The notes: generated from the sequence alone by a model not told the origin. A stretch of 64,000 bases of DNA from Candidatus Omnitrophota bacterium (GCA_945877765.1 CAMDWQ010000001.1:86253-150252); one strand, 5' to 3'. Shown: positions 39,901 to 47,868, counted from the stretch's first letter. Made by a program: numbers and translations.

Positions 39901-40476
39901 GTTATTCCGGACGTTGCAGGCCAAGCGCGTAAAACGATTGTGACAGAGCTGGATGTGTTTGCCAAAGACGGGGCAGGAGTGCCTTGGAGTTACCGCATGG
40001 AGAATTTAGACCGTAAAGTTCCCGGAGTTTTTAATCACGTCTTATGGGTCAACGATTCTTCCATCCGCTCTCTGGCCGAATTGATCCGGCGGTATCCGCA
40101 GGCGGCGATTTTTGGAGACCAGGTGATTTTTGCGCCAAGCGCCAAAACACACAAAGATATTTACCAGGCACGCGGCACCGTCGCCATCGACGGCGAATCT
40201 ATCGTCCTTACGTCTAAGCCCGGCATGCTCGATGAGGGAACTCAGTCCGTTAGCGATGTCAGGCCCGCGATGGTTTTGGCTTTGGATGCGCAGGCAAAAT
40301 CTACCATCCGGTTTATGGAGGCCGGGGCGAGATACTTGCTGAATCATTCAGCATTGCCAGCATACGTATTTCGTCAACCCGACGGAAGCCTTGTTTTCAG
40401 ACTTCCGAATATAGTGCCTCTGGATTATATTCTTGAAAATCAGAGAGCTGCCCGAACCGCTGAAATGTCCGCTTGA
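30907..40476 (+). CDS. Giant protein 1 (3189 aa): signal peptide, conserved N-domain, GlmS-like Ntn+SIS module with TM helices, TM/coiled-coil module, C-terminal domain
   Basis: Uninterrupted ORF with IQDAH/VEGG/GGFH, CG...ELRGGQSGG...HLRWATGG...NAQPH...HNGD and AVSNSGQT. Confidence 0.9.
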   Translation: MDEQKKFKTQYGNRLKAVSAFLVVAFLSQDVAYAIGGINFNADSAKVASNPITFSNDTAIVRKFSQRSDEMVINIQDAHQKLGAQQSISSILDRLVWQYDLKLIAVEGGSGDVDTSALSSLPDEALRKKTGEHLLKEGLISAAEFYSIVSGNQVRLYGVEEDAVYRENLEVFKKLIDDKKDLRRELTLLQGALRSLEEKIYSPALKELEAKKMKHFRGQMKFAEYWEYFSSLAARLGIALDPYPNLEKISSTVVLEKNINFSAASAERESLIKRLSAELPKLSLEKLIFALLEFKQGKMASGKFYKNLVEMAEAASIEPTAYSNMSTYSRYVSLYEAIDLLAVFDEAERFESKIREALFANLEERNLWVLTHRVGIVSRLLDVTLDSADYEQIKSHKADFQIKKLKEDLFSLGVRHGFSTAGDVDFDRLEKNMPLALRFYELASQRNQILLANTLKKMRREKIQVAALVTGGFHSDGIAKLMEEEKISCLVVMPKFDEKSPDRPYISVLTKKPKEYEQLFKDSDFYLTAEVFFNHFPDYGEDRLAALVASLDRVSGKNHFTSGVVHQRDFVRRWVRGLRARTRDIQNPAVSVKKLNQALRGVSAVRREGDFYRVKVGEREFNVPLDQASREIDGSPIEITAVKAPASFLIETDSRQATAQDVSALVNQFSSKVSVWTMPGSTPRTVRVAVNREVERFERARKVRFTPQQKRSFQTVGARLCGPNLTARLRALPENQQPSIRFQPSKKPSIDVIRSPRQREVVRAQLEIAELRGGQSGGAAIMALDSKTGHVVVVFGKTKKRKRESPSVAVDAAVEKLVLKAANAGIVSLPEYDAEMSHLRWATGGESTWDNAQPHWHEEPKNVAVFGVSRQEHGGLKLGSKIMTVFNIIQHNGDLDYLKKSWLVNGIQQVVTLPFRKAREIYVRLMPRSKSRGTSDSKTIAEDVDFELTQGQVWKSVRYAYGKNFHDNSHQDLPFSEKTINDASAIATRCIEEVGLDLGDRFFNPGAVTLTDASPEAVLAVKQRVFDRFRDEKIFNKNSELEEFSDAFTKAFFYHDMAFVMRYLSFAFVGTAVVNVMSTLEPRWGVFAKTQSFSIGFNSEGVLGAAEPEAVTVPLMQDGDSTARQMFVPDGYYGTIEQDPRANNLIRLHAPLVEFDDLYQRPAPLSEGELHLFPVIGNPKIEVASGDIRQLASVENKNAIEDIPSVLKRVRESVLPGGRNRKALDHLKALITRQAQEWISDEETLIAKHAQEGRVHEAHKGGNYNLVLYGSDFNLDLIRRVADQMHGGMMDLNVAVMDSGELVELFKKKAAGREVPIGPNTIFLAVSNSGQTQAVKAAHSEIVKMQERGQLREGNNLVLTQKLFNALSSEGGQGYQLEDEVLPYTFLNLSHIRPDGSITRRNSEAASVTTAATEAVLTEMMIGAYQAVNDLAHNSAQNPQQLRPYRLAKDLTSEDFLAFREFQLAHYEQQAANRIGVDSEGQPITDSPDQKALGLEVEYRTQSVTEWIKGFMIFNLGYIALIACVLQLPLFGTALGSIFNARFDGALDAVFYLSGFWLTVVLIRWWEGRPLWDRILPRVEIFADHVGYSRIIERFNVALLANAQGFLSPLFYSANVVRDVLHRYSIRGWRGVLFYIYSPDETMGLKEAGDADSAGMVASQVRFNTFNAGGPHTHKILLQNSAYNRGMSKKSGHQDVGLSDVTDELKRKYSGKISETMQHLINRRLGDLSNYLIPEIVIGYRRAVNLSRFFNHVLDEIFLSSLVGKWPASVVRKTLVLVGFGWFHETFPIGESSGRAGILSTSHPVNSSLPGEDSARMLTRREAAQQNRKKVLSELVSAGAKEMEQSQILEEIEAEAIVIQKVAERTYQREIAEAEEVFANKVRTIEEHLTNAKALTNNPLIDDSFSPSLDARADRAREAAVAVREATMEQAGKRREAASENAILDAASPKIKALKANRHLPVPGNPDRIELSQTFDVVQADGGMDVYFPGGKRISFSLAPGGQYYQGDNSHPSVKAVRQVYKGQPMLVISGDLSSVWKEHNPEYDLVLPLVDQGSATGARLSSGAFLIKKGMLLDPTELVRPQEVIPNEVSGKAYLVKRSPDAVVAESSIRPFTSEPSAALKSVIAKRKAWFSEGALRLLGISFLSVVIWIFVDMNSRSTRKSLSTSAHENNPPAAAALEEKPLVPESSPVVPSINQVQVVAGEHLRKDLASVLEKSKSEEEKAEELKAAKEIAETELALLEQEKKQTQDELAIVFAKEQVAEEEKNSASHALEAANTQRELFIKQASLVDQEIAAMDEAQLQKGADVPVSIKSERKKLSAADLDRAARSTEEVLKFQPALSPYTKELLSNGVLHKINEKWSFKRFESPQRTTWWPLTEQHLEGVKTLEQHWRDSRQTLTDAGVNRKENGEFWVSVDGTNFKMPLLGTDLVGIYYPQNKTKGQPQLYFVQLGRAASAKITQQIATENSLARIEAEKKAQEAIESHRLLIEKKAAIDVQHLVVEQSIKSFGEEIQTADEKWLGLKNKETELQRLIHSIQIEEGREKLLQLTHEEEKSRSDADELKTQAKNLQRQLDEAQKNIQSTEKPNTSETTPPATASVSELAPLFKKALQADNFIQFRDLENKFLERLAKLKRGDKDKFSKDVLVLRQFRQWHLSVKRINEAKARAKNAAATGDLAAYRRALGQFYNHLEVLRGVEEKLPPGHHFVNFDKAANSIVSAGKVFGGRSPASQKIARQILSLAVASTASGGRLAASFSTVNNRKFNLLFLVPPGVSVQQFSRQNIDFRTSLGPAASRFSTRYAPTSVYTERFLRDKNYPVDAILDSTSSTPESTLLLLTKLAETDARTFSTLYPFVQRLLARPENISRLSWAEEALLAVWVEQTLPNPAPRRTFVSSGRLVAQPEILTNQAEQGGHSSEVLASILDQAMAHTILAETKAEKNSARIDLQTATENILQYLSPSSAEDGRLVFSGKANALALQLASTQRSRYALVDPSYRVVIPDVAGQARKTIVTELDVFAKDGAGVPWSYRMENLDRKVPGVFNHVLWVNDSSIRSLAELIRRYPQAAIFGDQVIFAPSAKTHKDIYQARGTVAIDGESIVLTSKPGMLDEGTQSVSDVRPAMVLALDAQAKSTIRFMEAGARYLLNHSALPAYVFRQPDGSLVFRLPNIVPLDYILENQRAARTAEMSA

Positions 40477-40519
40477 TTCGTACGCGAAGAAAGTCGTTTG
40501 AATTCACAGCTTCTTTTAT

Positions 40520-40978
40520 TTAAGGATGGTATTCCTGGACCCACTTTTGAAGTTTAGAATCATGAGGATCGTGCGAGAAATATCCTTTGATAACGAATTT
40601 TTTAAATTCTTCGTAGGGGTCCGTTTTGGAACAGGCTTTGCGAAGATGCTTTTCATCGTTTAGATAGAGGTAAAGGATTGTTTTGGGTTGATTTGAAAAA
40701 CAAAAGAACAGCCGGTATCGTTGCAAACCTTGTTTGTACCGCCGGTATTTTTTAAGCTCACCAGCTAGACGGTATTCAGGTCGGTCAGGATCTCGCGGAA
40801 TAATCTCCTGGTCCGCTTGCCGGATACGATAAGCAAATTTAACCACCTCGTGTCGTTTAAATTCCTCGTCGCTTAAATCACGGCGCAGTTCTTTGACTTG
40901 CTCTTTGAGCTTTTCAATCCTCTGGTAGTAAAATTCGTGGTAGCGGACAAGGTAACTATTTGTCATCAGCCGTGACAC
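40520..40978 (-). CDS. YhaV-family type II toxin
   Basis: RRYK..LQRYRLFF...ILYLYLNDEKHLRK..SKTDPY matches the YhaV pattern. Confidence 0.8.
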   Translation of the reverse strand: MSRLMTNSYLVRYHEFYYQRIEKLKEQVKELRRDLSDEEFKRHEVVKFAYRIRQADQEIIPRDPDRPEYRLAGELKKYRRYKQGLQRYRLFFCFSNQPKTILYLYLNDEKHLRKACSKTDPYEEFKKFVIKGYFSHDPHDSKLQKWVQEYHP

Positions 40979-41252
40979 CTTTAAGAAGCTCGTCCCATTC
41001 TTTACTCCAAACTTCTTTCGCTTGGCGAAGTTTTTCTGGGTGCTTCATGGCATCGGCCGCCAATGCTTGAATGAAGGTTGCAAAGAGAGGTTCGGACTCC
41101 ATCGTATCAAGTTCTGTTTTGTGGGAAATACTGATTTTTTGACCAACAACTTCCAAAATTACGTCATGACTTTTTGTCTGTCTAGCAAAACCAATGGGAA
41201 TATCTACGGCGTAGCTTCCGCCGTGTTTGAATAATTTCTTAAGTAGAATCAT
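40956..41252 (-). CDS. AbrB/MazE-fold antitoxin (PrlF-like)
   Basis: KLFKHGGSYAVDIP N-terminus and EPLFATFIQALAADAMKHPEKL. RBS AAGGAG. Confidence 0.78.
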   Translation of the reverse strand: MILLKKLFKHGGSYAVDIPIGFARQTKSHDVILEVVGQKISISHKTELDTMESEPLFATFIQALAADAMKHPEKLRQAKEVWSKEWDELLKGVTADDK

Positions 41253-41276
41253 GGCAAGGTCTCCTTTTCTATAGGA

Positions 41277-41305
41277 AGTATACATATAAATATATACTAT
41301 GTCAA
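41277..41305 (-). promoter_or_regulatory. Sigma70 promoter TTGACA-17bp-TATACT of the TA operon
   Basis: Near-consensus hexamers with 17-bp spacing on the minus strand. Confidence 0.7.
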
Positions 41306-41409
41306 TCGTTGAAAAATTTGCTTTTTACCTGTTTATCAGCCATATTTTATGCATAGTTAAGCAATCTTATGTATGGGGTTCACTAGGCTATAAACAAGGG
41401 GATTTTGTA

Positions 41410-44400
41410 TTGAATAATCGTAGTCTTTTAATAAGACATATCTCATTGGTGCTAATCGCGACTTTTTTGTGCCAAGAGTTGTCTTACTCAGCACCTGCTA
41501 TTCTGACACCAGCCGCACTTAGCGATTCCGTGGCTTCCTTTCAAGCCCCCACTGAGTTTTGTTCCCTGAAAGAATTTCACCAGGGGCAGGTAGGCAAACC
41601 CTTGATCATTCATATCCAGGATGCCCACTCCAATCTTTCCGGCCAGGAAAATCTCGCTAAGACCCTGGATCAAATCATGACCAAGTACAGTGTCTCCACT
41701 GTGCTCGTCGAGGGCGGTGGCACTGACGGCACGCTGGATCCTCTCAAGCAACTAGCGTCCCCTGAAATCATCCGGCGTATCGCCAAAAAGTTACTCATCG
41801 AAGGCAAGCTTGCAGGCGAGGAATATCTAAATCTGACTTCGGATCACCCAATGAAGATTCAGGGAATCGAAGACATGACCCTCTACAAAAAAAGCGTTGA
41901 AAACTATGCGAAGCTCGCCGATAGACGTGAGGCGATACAGGACTATCTGTCGGTTATTGAAAGATCTGCCGAGAAACTAAAGCGTAAATTATACCCCCAA
42001 GAGCTAATTTCCTACGAAGCGCAAAAGCAAAAGGACACGGATGGAGCTCTGGGATTTAAGTTCAAAGAACTTTTGAGCCTGGCAAAATTAAAAGAGGTGG
42101 AGATCACCAATTTCCCCAACCTTCAAAAACTGTCAGCTCTCGAGGAAAAGGAAAAGAGCATTGATTTCAATCTTGCGAATTTGGAACAGGCGGCGTTGAT
42201 GGAAAAAATCAACACAACGTCATCCCCGAAATCTTTAATCGGGGATCAAACCAAGTATGATTCCCGATTAAAACTCTCGGGAATGACGGTAGATCAATTT
42301 ACCTTCTTTCGTAACATTTTAAATATCGCCAAAGAAAAGAACATTGCCACTGAAGAATATCCCAACCTTCTGCGTTATTTTAATTATTTAAAAGACTTCA
42401 CCGATTTAGATCTGGAAGAAGTCCTAAATGAGTTTGAGCATCTAGAGGATAAAGTCTACGTAGCATGGCTCCCTAAAGAGGACTCGCGCCTTCTTCGCGC
42501 CATTGACCGCTACCTCGCCCTCTTAAAAATTGCTTACCGCATCCAGATGTCCACCAAGGATTTTGAATTCTTTAAAGCCAACGAGCCTGATTTTTCTACT
42601 GCGTCTTATCAGGCATTTTTGAACCGAAAATTAATAGAGCTTGGGTATTTTGAGGATGTGATTCCGTATAAGAATATCTTGGAAGAAGGCAAAAAAGCGT
42701 TGGAGGATTTTTATGATTCGGTGAGCCAGAGAGACCTTGCGTTTATTCAAAACACGAAACGGATATTGGGAGATTCTGTCATCCCCGCGAAAGCGGGGAT
42801 CCGTTCATCACTCGGTGCAGATTCCCGCTTTCGCGGGAATGACAACGCTAACATAGCTGTCCTCATCACTGGCGGTTACCACACGTCTCACTTGAAAAAA
42901 CTTTTTCAACAAGAAGGTTTCTCCTATGTAGTTCTGACACCGATCGTGACCGCCGAGACCAACCAGAAAAAATATGAAAATCTCCTTCTCTCAAGTGTTC
43001 GGAAGGAATCTAAAACAATCGAGGTCGTGCAGGGAGAATCCAAGCAAAATAAAACCTCAGTTCAATTGGATGTAGATTTATTAAAGATTGCAAAAAAAGA
43101 GGGTGCGCGTTTTGCGGGGGCGGTGATGACGCCTGCGAGGCTTGCTCAGACGTTGGAATCGTTCGGAGGATTAAATGACAGAGCGCTTAATACAATTCAA
43201 AAGGAATTCGCGGCAAGACTCGCGAACAACATCTCCGAAGAGACAAAAACTCCGGCGGCGACGCGGTTGGCGAATGAGCCAATCGCATCCTCAAACAACC
43301 CCTCTAGGTTGGGCTTGGTAGCTTTAACTTTAAATCTCAGGGTGGCGCTGTGGAAGCTTTCCTTGTACAGCGGATTTTCATTTGGACGTCTGCAGACGTT
43401 TTCATGGTTGGAAAAAAACGATCAGGGGTATTCGAATAGCTATTGGTTGTCGCCTCGGAAAACCGCGACATGGCAGGGAAAACAGGTCATCCCAAATTCC
43501 CGTTTAAGAAAATCCGGAATTCAACTCCATACTTTAGCCCTGACGCTTCTTGATCTTATGGACCAGGGGTTGTCCGATCCTTTGAAAGAGGAACTATTTC
43601 GTTTACTGGAAAAATCCGTTGCGCAACATAATCTATTGGCGCAATCAGAACATGATCCCGGAGCCAAGATGTCTTTACCGCTTCTACTTGTCAGAGCAAC
43701 GAGTGTCTTAATCAGGCCGGATAGTAATTATGTTCGATTGTCGCGCGCCATGATGCAAGCACCGAAGCGCTTTTTAAAGCCCATAGCCATTCTTCAGCTT
43801 AGAGCTAAGCAGATCCATCTCAACTTTATTTATTTATCGCCCGACATAGTGGATTTTTACGCTAGCCATGAGGCTATAAAATTTATTCTTGAGCCCGAAA
43901 ACATAGAAGACCCAAAACTTAAAAGCGCACTCATTGGATTTTTGGCAGGTGTTTTTAAAAAAAAGACTTGGCAGGACCTAGCGAAGATGGTGGAGGAATA
44001 TGGTTTGGGAGAGTTTGATGTTAACTCTGACGATTCCAAAGCGATGTTTGATGATTTTAAGACTCTCCTAAAAAAGCATGATATCCAGATGGTGAATTGG
44101 ATGAAAAGCCAAGCGTTGTCGACGGGATTGGAAAGAATCGGGGTTCAGTTTCTTCCCTATCTTGAGTTGTCGCGGCTTCTCACATCGCATTCGGAAAATT
44201 TAGAATCTTTATTGTTGGATCCGCAGAGCGCTTCAAATCAATCATTTTTTTTAAAAATATCCAAGGATGTCACTTTTGGTCTAGAGCCCAGCGCCCGGAA
44301 TATTGTTGAGGGCATTTACATTCAAGAGGACATAGATGTTGACCAATACTATCAAGACGTTTCCAACAACTTCATGACTTTCGAAAATGTCGGCGCGCGG

Positions 44401-47400
44401 TCGGCGAATAGTTTAAGCGACCAGATTAATTCTATACAGATTGATCAAGCTTTAGAAGATCAGGCTGGGCTGATTCGTGATGTCTTGCAAAAAGCCATGA
44501 CCAATCTTTTTGAGGTTGACTCTCCGGAGTATTTACGCGTTCTTGAAAGCCTGAAAAAACTAAGGTTTATGCGAGCGTATCAAAAGCGCGGTCATGAAGG
44601 TGCCAGCAGCCACTATGTGCCTAATTATATTTCTTTGATGTCATTCGCCGATGAACATACGATTATTCATGAATTCGGCCATCACCTAACCTATGCTTTA
44701 AAATTAAATGATCCAGTATCTGTGATGGGAAATATCACCGAAGCTGTTTATGATGCGGGAGAAAATCAACGTGATCCTACACATTTCCAAATCGGGGCAA
44801 AGTTTGTCGATGATTTTTCAGCGGAAAAAATTACCGACCCCGAATTCAAACTGCAAATAATGCGGCTTTGGAGTGAACGCGAATATAGGGAGGGGCCTAT
44901 GGGTGATATCAAGGAAGCATATACCTCGGCAACTATTCTCGCGGGCATTCTCTATGAACTAAATGGCAGAGATAAGAGAAAAGCTATGAATGCCGCTATT
45001 CACCTTTCTAAAGAAGACTGGTTCACGAGAGCGCTTGCCGTGGATCGCAAGCTTGAATTTTTTAAAAATTTGGCGAGTCTTGGATTAATCGCCCCGCTTG
45101 CGATGGGATCCTACAGAGCTGCATTTGTTGCCTATCGAGCGACGAATTCGGTTTTATATGGAGCCCTTGCTTTTATGGTGCCCATTATTTCTGTGCTGCC
45201 TTTTTTATTTTATTTAGGCCCAAAACTTTTTACTTACTGGGAAAACAAATTTTTTCAATCCATTGATTGGGGGCCTCCTTTTGTTGTGAACGCTAAAACA
45301 AAAGCGACTTTGTTGCAGGCCGAGGGACCAGAGAATGTGGGGGCGCGGTTGGCAGTTAGAGATGAGTTGGCTGGTGAAATCTCTCGCGGTGAATGGGATT
45401 TATTTGAGAGGCGCTTCGAAGCTTATGACAGGGACACATTACTTAGTTTGCTTACAACCTTAAGCCAAATGGCTCACGATTCAAATAAGAATGTGACGAC
45501 TGAGATTTCTGGGGATGCCGCGAGAAGAATATTTGGGATTCTGTCGGATTCATATCTAATTGAGTATTACCAGGATCCCTTCATCATGGCTTGGTATACG
45601 ACTCTTGCCCAATCCCTGATGGTTTTGATGCCTGACCAGGGTGACGAGAATACTATACTCGCGCGAAAAACACACGAGGAAACCACAGAGATGGTTCTGA
45701 TATCTGTGCTTGCTCATGTCAAATTTTCAGATCTATTGAATAGGCTGGTTTCTGATTTTGAGCCTGTCCGCCACCGTCGAGTTGTCCAGGCATTGTTCAG
45801 CAAATTTGAAAGTGAAGATGAGAGCGCAGAGGATATCGTGAGGGTTTTGCAGGATGATTTCACAGGTGGCCATATGTTCCGGCTATTTTTATTTATTTGG
45901 CAACATTTTGACCAGCCATTTGCCCAAAGCGTCGCAAGGCTTTTGAGGAAATTAAATAGGTATTTAAAGCTTATAGGTCAAAGTGAGGCGATGTTGTTGG
46001 ACGCGCAGATTGAAATTTTTAGAAGCGCTCTGTTTTCTGATAATGTAGCTGAGAGAAAAATTGCGATCGCCTTCTTTAGTGAGTTCATCCAAGGGGGTGT
46101 CACCGATACGCCTGAATTTGTAAATCGCTTGAAGAAATTGTACTGGAGCGTGGCGGAAAGTCTTGATATTTACGATCAGAGTACGGCGTCATATATTCGG
46201 AATATATTATTTTCCCAAACACATTCAATTGATGCCGCCGACTTAAAGGAGCTGGACGCTGATAGACTTGATCACCACCGTTTGGAATATCGAGATCAAG
46301 GGGTTATCGACATGGTTTTATATCATCTCTATGACTCTTTTGGTTTCGACATTCGAAGAAAGGAAATACGCGAGCAAATCATTGCCAATACCTATTTTTC
46401 GGACATCCTTGATATCGTTCTGACCAATCTTTCCGACGACGATTCCCCTTTTGCCGCCAATTTTAACTATGCAACTAAACTACTGGCCCTTAGAGAGCTT
46501 TTTGGTTCTCGAGGTGAAGGTATGACCCCGACTGGAGCCCAGGAGATGATTATCGACATCGTAGTGGATATCACGGCGGAGAGGATGGATGATGCCGCGC
46601 GGCTTGCCTCGCTAAACATTCCCTCCGGCTGGAAAAGATGGGCGCCGGCTGGGGCGGTGGTGATGGGACTTATTTTTTCGTCGAAGGGTAATACCCTTTC
46701 ACAAGTTAATCAACAGCCTGCGTCAGCGGTTGCTCATGATGGAGTCGGGGCGCCTGAGGTAAACAGCCTTAAGCAAATATTCAAAGTTGCTGGTGGCCCT
46801 ATGAAGAGCGCAAATGAATCTGATATCCTCAACATCGACAATGAATCGGTTCAATTGATCACCCGGTGGTATGTGGGGATGCACGGAAACACGCAGGGTC
46901 CAGCCTCTGTTATGATACAGACCAAACACGCGCTTATTACCTTTGTCCATGAGGAGGGAGATCCGGAGATTCAGTTTCGCGATGTGGCTAATACAGCGGA
47001 GATTCTTGGACGCATTCCTCTTTCTGTGGACATGCTAAATGCCGCTAAAACTGCCAATGAAGAGGCGAAGGCGCTTCCTACCGAACAAGTTATGAACGTT
47101 GAGGCCGAAGCTCTCGCGGCCGCGGTTAAGACAAGAAGTATTAATCACCTGGTGGTTAAGCGCCTATTTCCTTGGATACTCAAAAATATTTTAGAGGATC
47201 AGCAGGTGGTGATTTTCCAGGCAATTGACCGTGATCGTATCAGTCAAGATCCGATCGCCAAGGCGCAAATGGACCTTATCGAAGCGACGATCAAATCCAT
47301 CCAAAATTTGCTTGGCGAAGAAAAGAAAAAATTCGTTCATTTTGTATTTACGGATCCAAAGGGAGTTGCACAATCAGATGTATCTAGATTTAACTCCAAA

Positions 47401-47784
47401 GAATTTAGAAAGATTTATGTCGCCCAGCCAAACACAGATGTTCTCCATCAGGCTTATCTTGCGCAAGCAGGATTTTTTGCGTTACCGGACCTGTCCAAGG
47501 GAGATGGTGTTGTTCCACTACAAGCCTTGTATTCGGGAGCGCTTGGTGTGGCTTTGTCAGAAACAATGACCGATCCGCTAGCCTGGAGCCTGAATAAATT
47601 AATTCGTCCGGACTCTTCGTCAACACTGGATCCTCAAAAAGACTACCCAAGACTCAAACAAGTGACTAACGAGAAGGATAGAGATTACTTTGGGAATCTT
47701 ATGATCAGGCCGCTTGCTATCAATATTCAGGCATACCTCACCGCCGCTCGCTTGGCCATCCAGTATGTGGAGAGCGCGGCTTAA
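41410..47784 (+). CDS. Giant protein 2 (~2124 aa): signal peptide, conserved N-domain, HEXXH zincin-like module, helical modules, C-terminal domain
   Basis: TTG 41410 after AAGGGG puts the signal peptide at the N-terminus. Motifs IQDAH/VEGG/GIED/GGYH and IIHEFGHH. Confidence 0.88.
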   Translation: MNNRSLLIRHISLVLIATFLCQELSYSAPAILTPAALSDSVASFQAPTEFCSLKEFHQGQVGKPLIIHIQDAHSNLSGQENLAKTLDQIMTKYSVSTVLVEGGGTDGTLDPLKQLASPEIIRRIAKKLLIEGKLAGEEYLNLTSDHPMKIQGIEDMTLYKKSVENYAKLADRREAIQDYLSVIERSAEKLKRKLYPQELISYEAQKQKDTDGALGFKFKELLSLAKLKEVEITNFPNLQKLSALEEKEKSIDFNLANLEQAALMEKINTTSSPKSLIGDQTKYDSRLKLSGMTVDQFTFFRNILNIAKEKNIATEEYPNLLRYFNYLKDFTDLDLEEVLNEFEHLEDKVYVAWLPKEDSRLLRAIDRYLALLKIAYRIQMSTKDFEFFKANEPDFSTASYQAFLNRKLIELGYFEDVIPYKNILEEGKKALEDFYDSVSQRDLAFIQNTKRILGDSVIPAKAGIRSSLGADSRFRGNDNANIAVLITGGYHTSHLKKLFQQEGFSYVVLTPIVTAETNQKKYENLLLSSVRKESKTIEVVQGESKQNKTSVQLDVDLLKIAKKEGARFAGAVMTPARLAQTLESFGGLNDRALNTIQKEFAARLANNISEETKTPAATRLANEPIASSNNPSRLGLVALTLNLRVALWKLSLYSGFSFGRLQTFSWLEKNDQGYSNSYWLSPRKTATWQGKQVIPNSRLRKSGIQLHTLALTLLDLMDQGLSDPLKEELFRLLEKSVAQHNLLAQSEHDPGAKMSLPLLLVRATSVLIRPDSNYVRLSRAMMQAPKRFLKPIAILQLRAKQIHLNFIYLSPDIVDFYASHEAIKFILEPENIEDPKLKSALIGFLAGVFKKKTWQDLAKMVEEYGLGEFDVNSDDSKAMFDDFKTLLKKHDIQMVNWMKSQALSTGLERIGVQFLPYLELSRLLTSHSENLESLLLDPQSASNQSFFLKISKDVTFGLEPSARNIVEGIYIQEDIDVDQYYQDVSNNFMTFENVGARSANSLSDQINSIQIDQALEDQAGLIRDVLQKAMTNLFEVDSPEYLRVLESLKKLRFMRAYQKRGHEGASSHYVPNYISLMSFADEHTIIHEFGHHLTYALKLNDPVSVMGNITEAVYDAGENQRDPTHFQIGAKFVDDFSAEKITDPEFKLQIMRLWSEREYREGPMGDIKEAYTSATILAGILYELNGRDKRKAMNAAIHLSKEDWFTRALAVDRKLEFFKNLASLGLIAPLAMGSYRAAFVAYRATNSVLYGALAFMVPIISVLPFLFYLGPKLFTYWENKFFQSIDWGPPFVVNAKTKATLLQAEGPENVGARLAVRDELAGEISRGEWDLFERRFEAYDRDTLLSLLTTLSQMAHDSNKNVTTEISGDAARRIFGILSDSYLIEYYQDPFIMAWYTTLAQSLMVLMPDQGDENTILARKTHEETTEMVLISVLAHVKFSDLLNRLVSDFEPVRHRRVVQALFSKFESEDESAEDIVRVLQDDFTGGHMFRLFLFIWQHFDQPFAQSVARLLRKLNRYLKLIGQSEAMLLDAQIEIFRSALFSDNVAERKIAIAFFSEFIQGGVTDTPEFVNRLKKLYWSVAESLDIYDQSTASYIRNILFSQTHSIDAADLKELDADRLDHHRLEYRDQGVIDMVLYHLYDSFGFDIRRKEIREQIIANTYFSDILDIVLTNLSDDDSPFAANFNYATKLLALRELFGSRGEGMTPTGAQEMIIDIVVDITAERMDDAARLASLNIPSGWKRWAPAGAVVMGLIFSSKGNTLSQVNQQPASAVAHDGVGAPEVNSLKQIFKVAGGPMKSANESDILNIDNESVQLITRWYVGMHGNTQGPASVMIQTKHALITFVHEEGDPEIQFRDVANTAEILGRIPLSVDMLNAAKTANEEAKALPTEQVMNVEAEALAAAVKTRSINHLVVKRLFPWILKNILEDQQVVIFQAIDRDRISQDPIAKAQMDLIEATIKSIQNLLGEEKKKFVHFVFTDPKGVAQSDVSRFNSKEFRKIYVAQPNTDVLHQAYLAQAGFFALPDLSKGDGVVPLQALYSGALGVALSETMTDPLAWSLNKLIRPDSSSTLDPQKDYPRLKQVTNEKDRDYFGNLMIRPLAINIQAYLTAARLAIQYVESAA
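42218..42288. repeat. REP-like doublet in frame within giant gene 2
   Basis: CGTCATCCCCG...CGGGGATC-spacer-GATTCCCG...CGGGAATGACG, same family as 2401-2472. Confidence 0.85.
42777..42844. repeat. REP/RPE-like doublet in frame within giant gene 2 (encodes VIPAKAGI...DSRFRGND)
   Basis: TGTCATCCCCGCGAAAGCGGGGATC...GATTCCCGCTTTCGCGGGAATGACA. Confidence 0.88.
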
Positions 47785-47794
47785 AGATTCTATC

Positions 47795-47846
47795 ATTTTA
47801 AGTATGATTCCCGCTTTCGCGGGAATGACACCGGGAGTTGTTCGGA
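47795..47846. repeat. Partial copy of the right half of the MITE at 56242
   Basis: ATTTTAAGTATGATT/CCCC...GGGA/GATGACA...GGGAGTTGTTCGGA is shared with 56336-56395. Confidence 0.7.
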
Positions 47847-47868
47847 CTACAACGGACAAGCCGATCAA

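Noticed and set aside
41299-41409. N-terminal extension of giant protein 2
   Set aside because: It overlaps the divergent TA promoter and has no RBS. TTG 41410 has an RBS and aligns the signal peptide with the paralogs.
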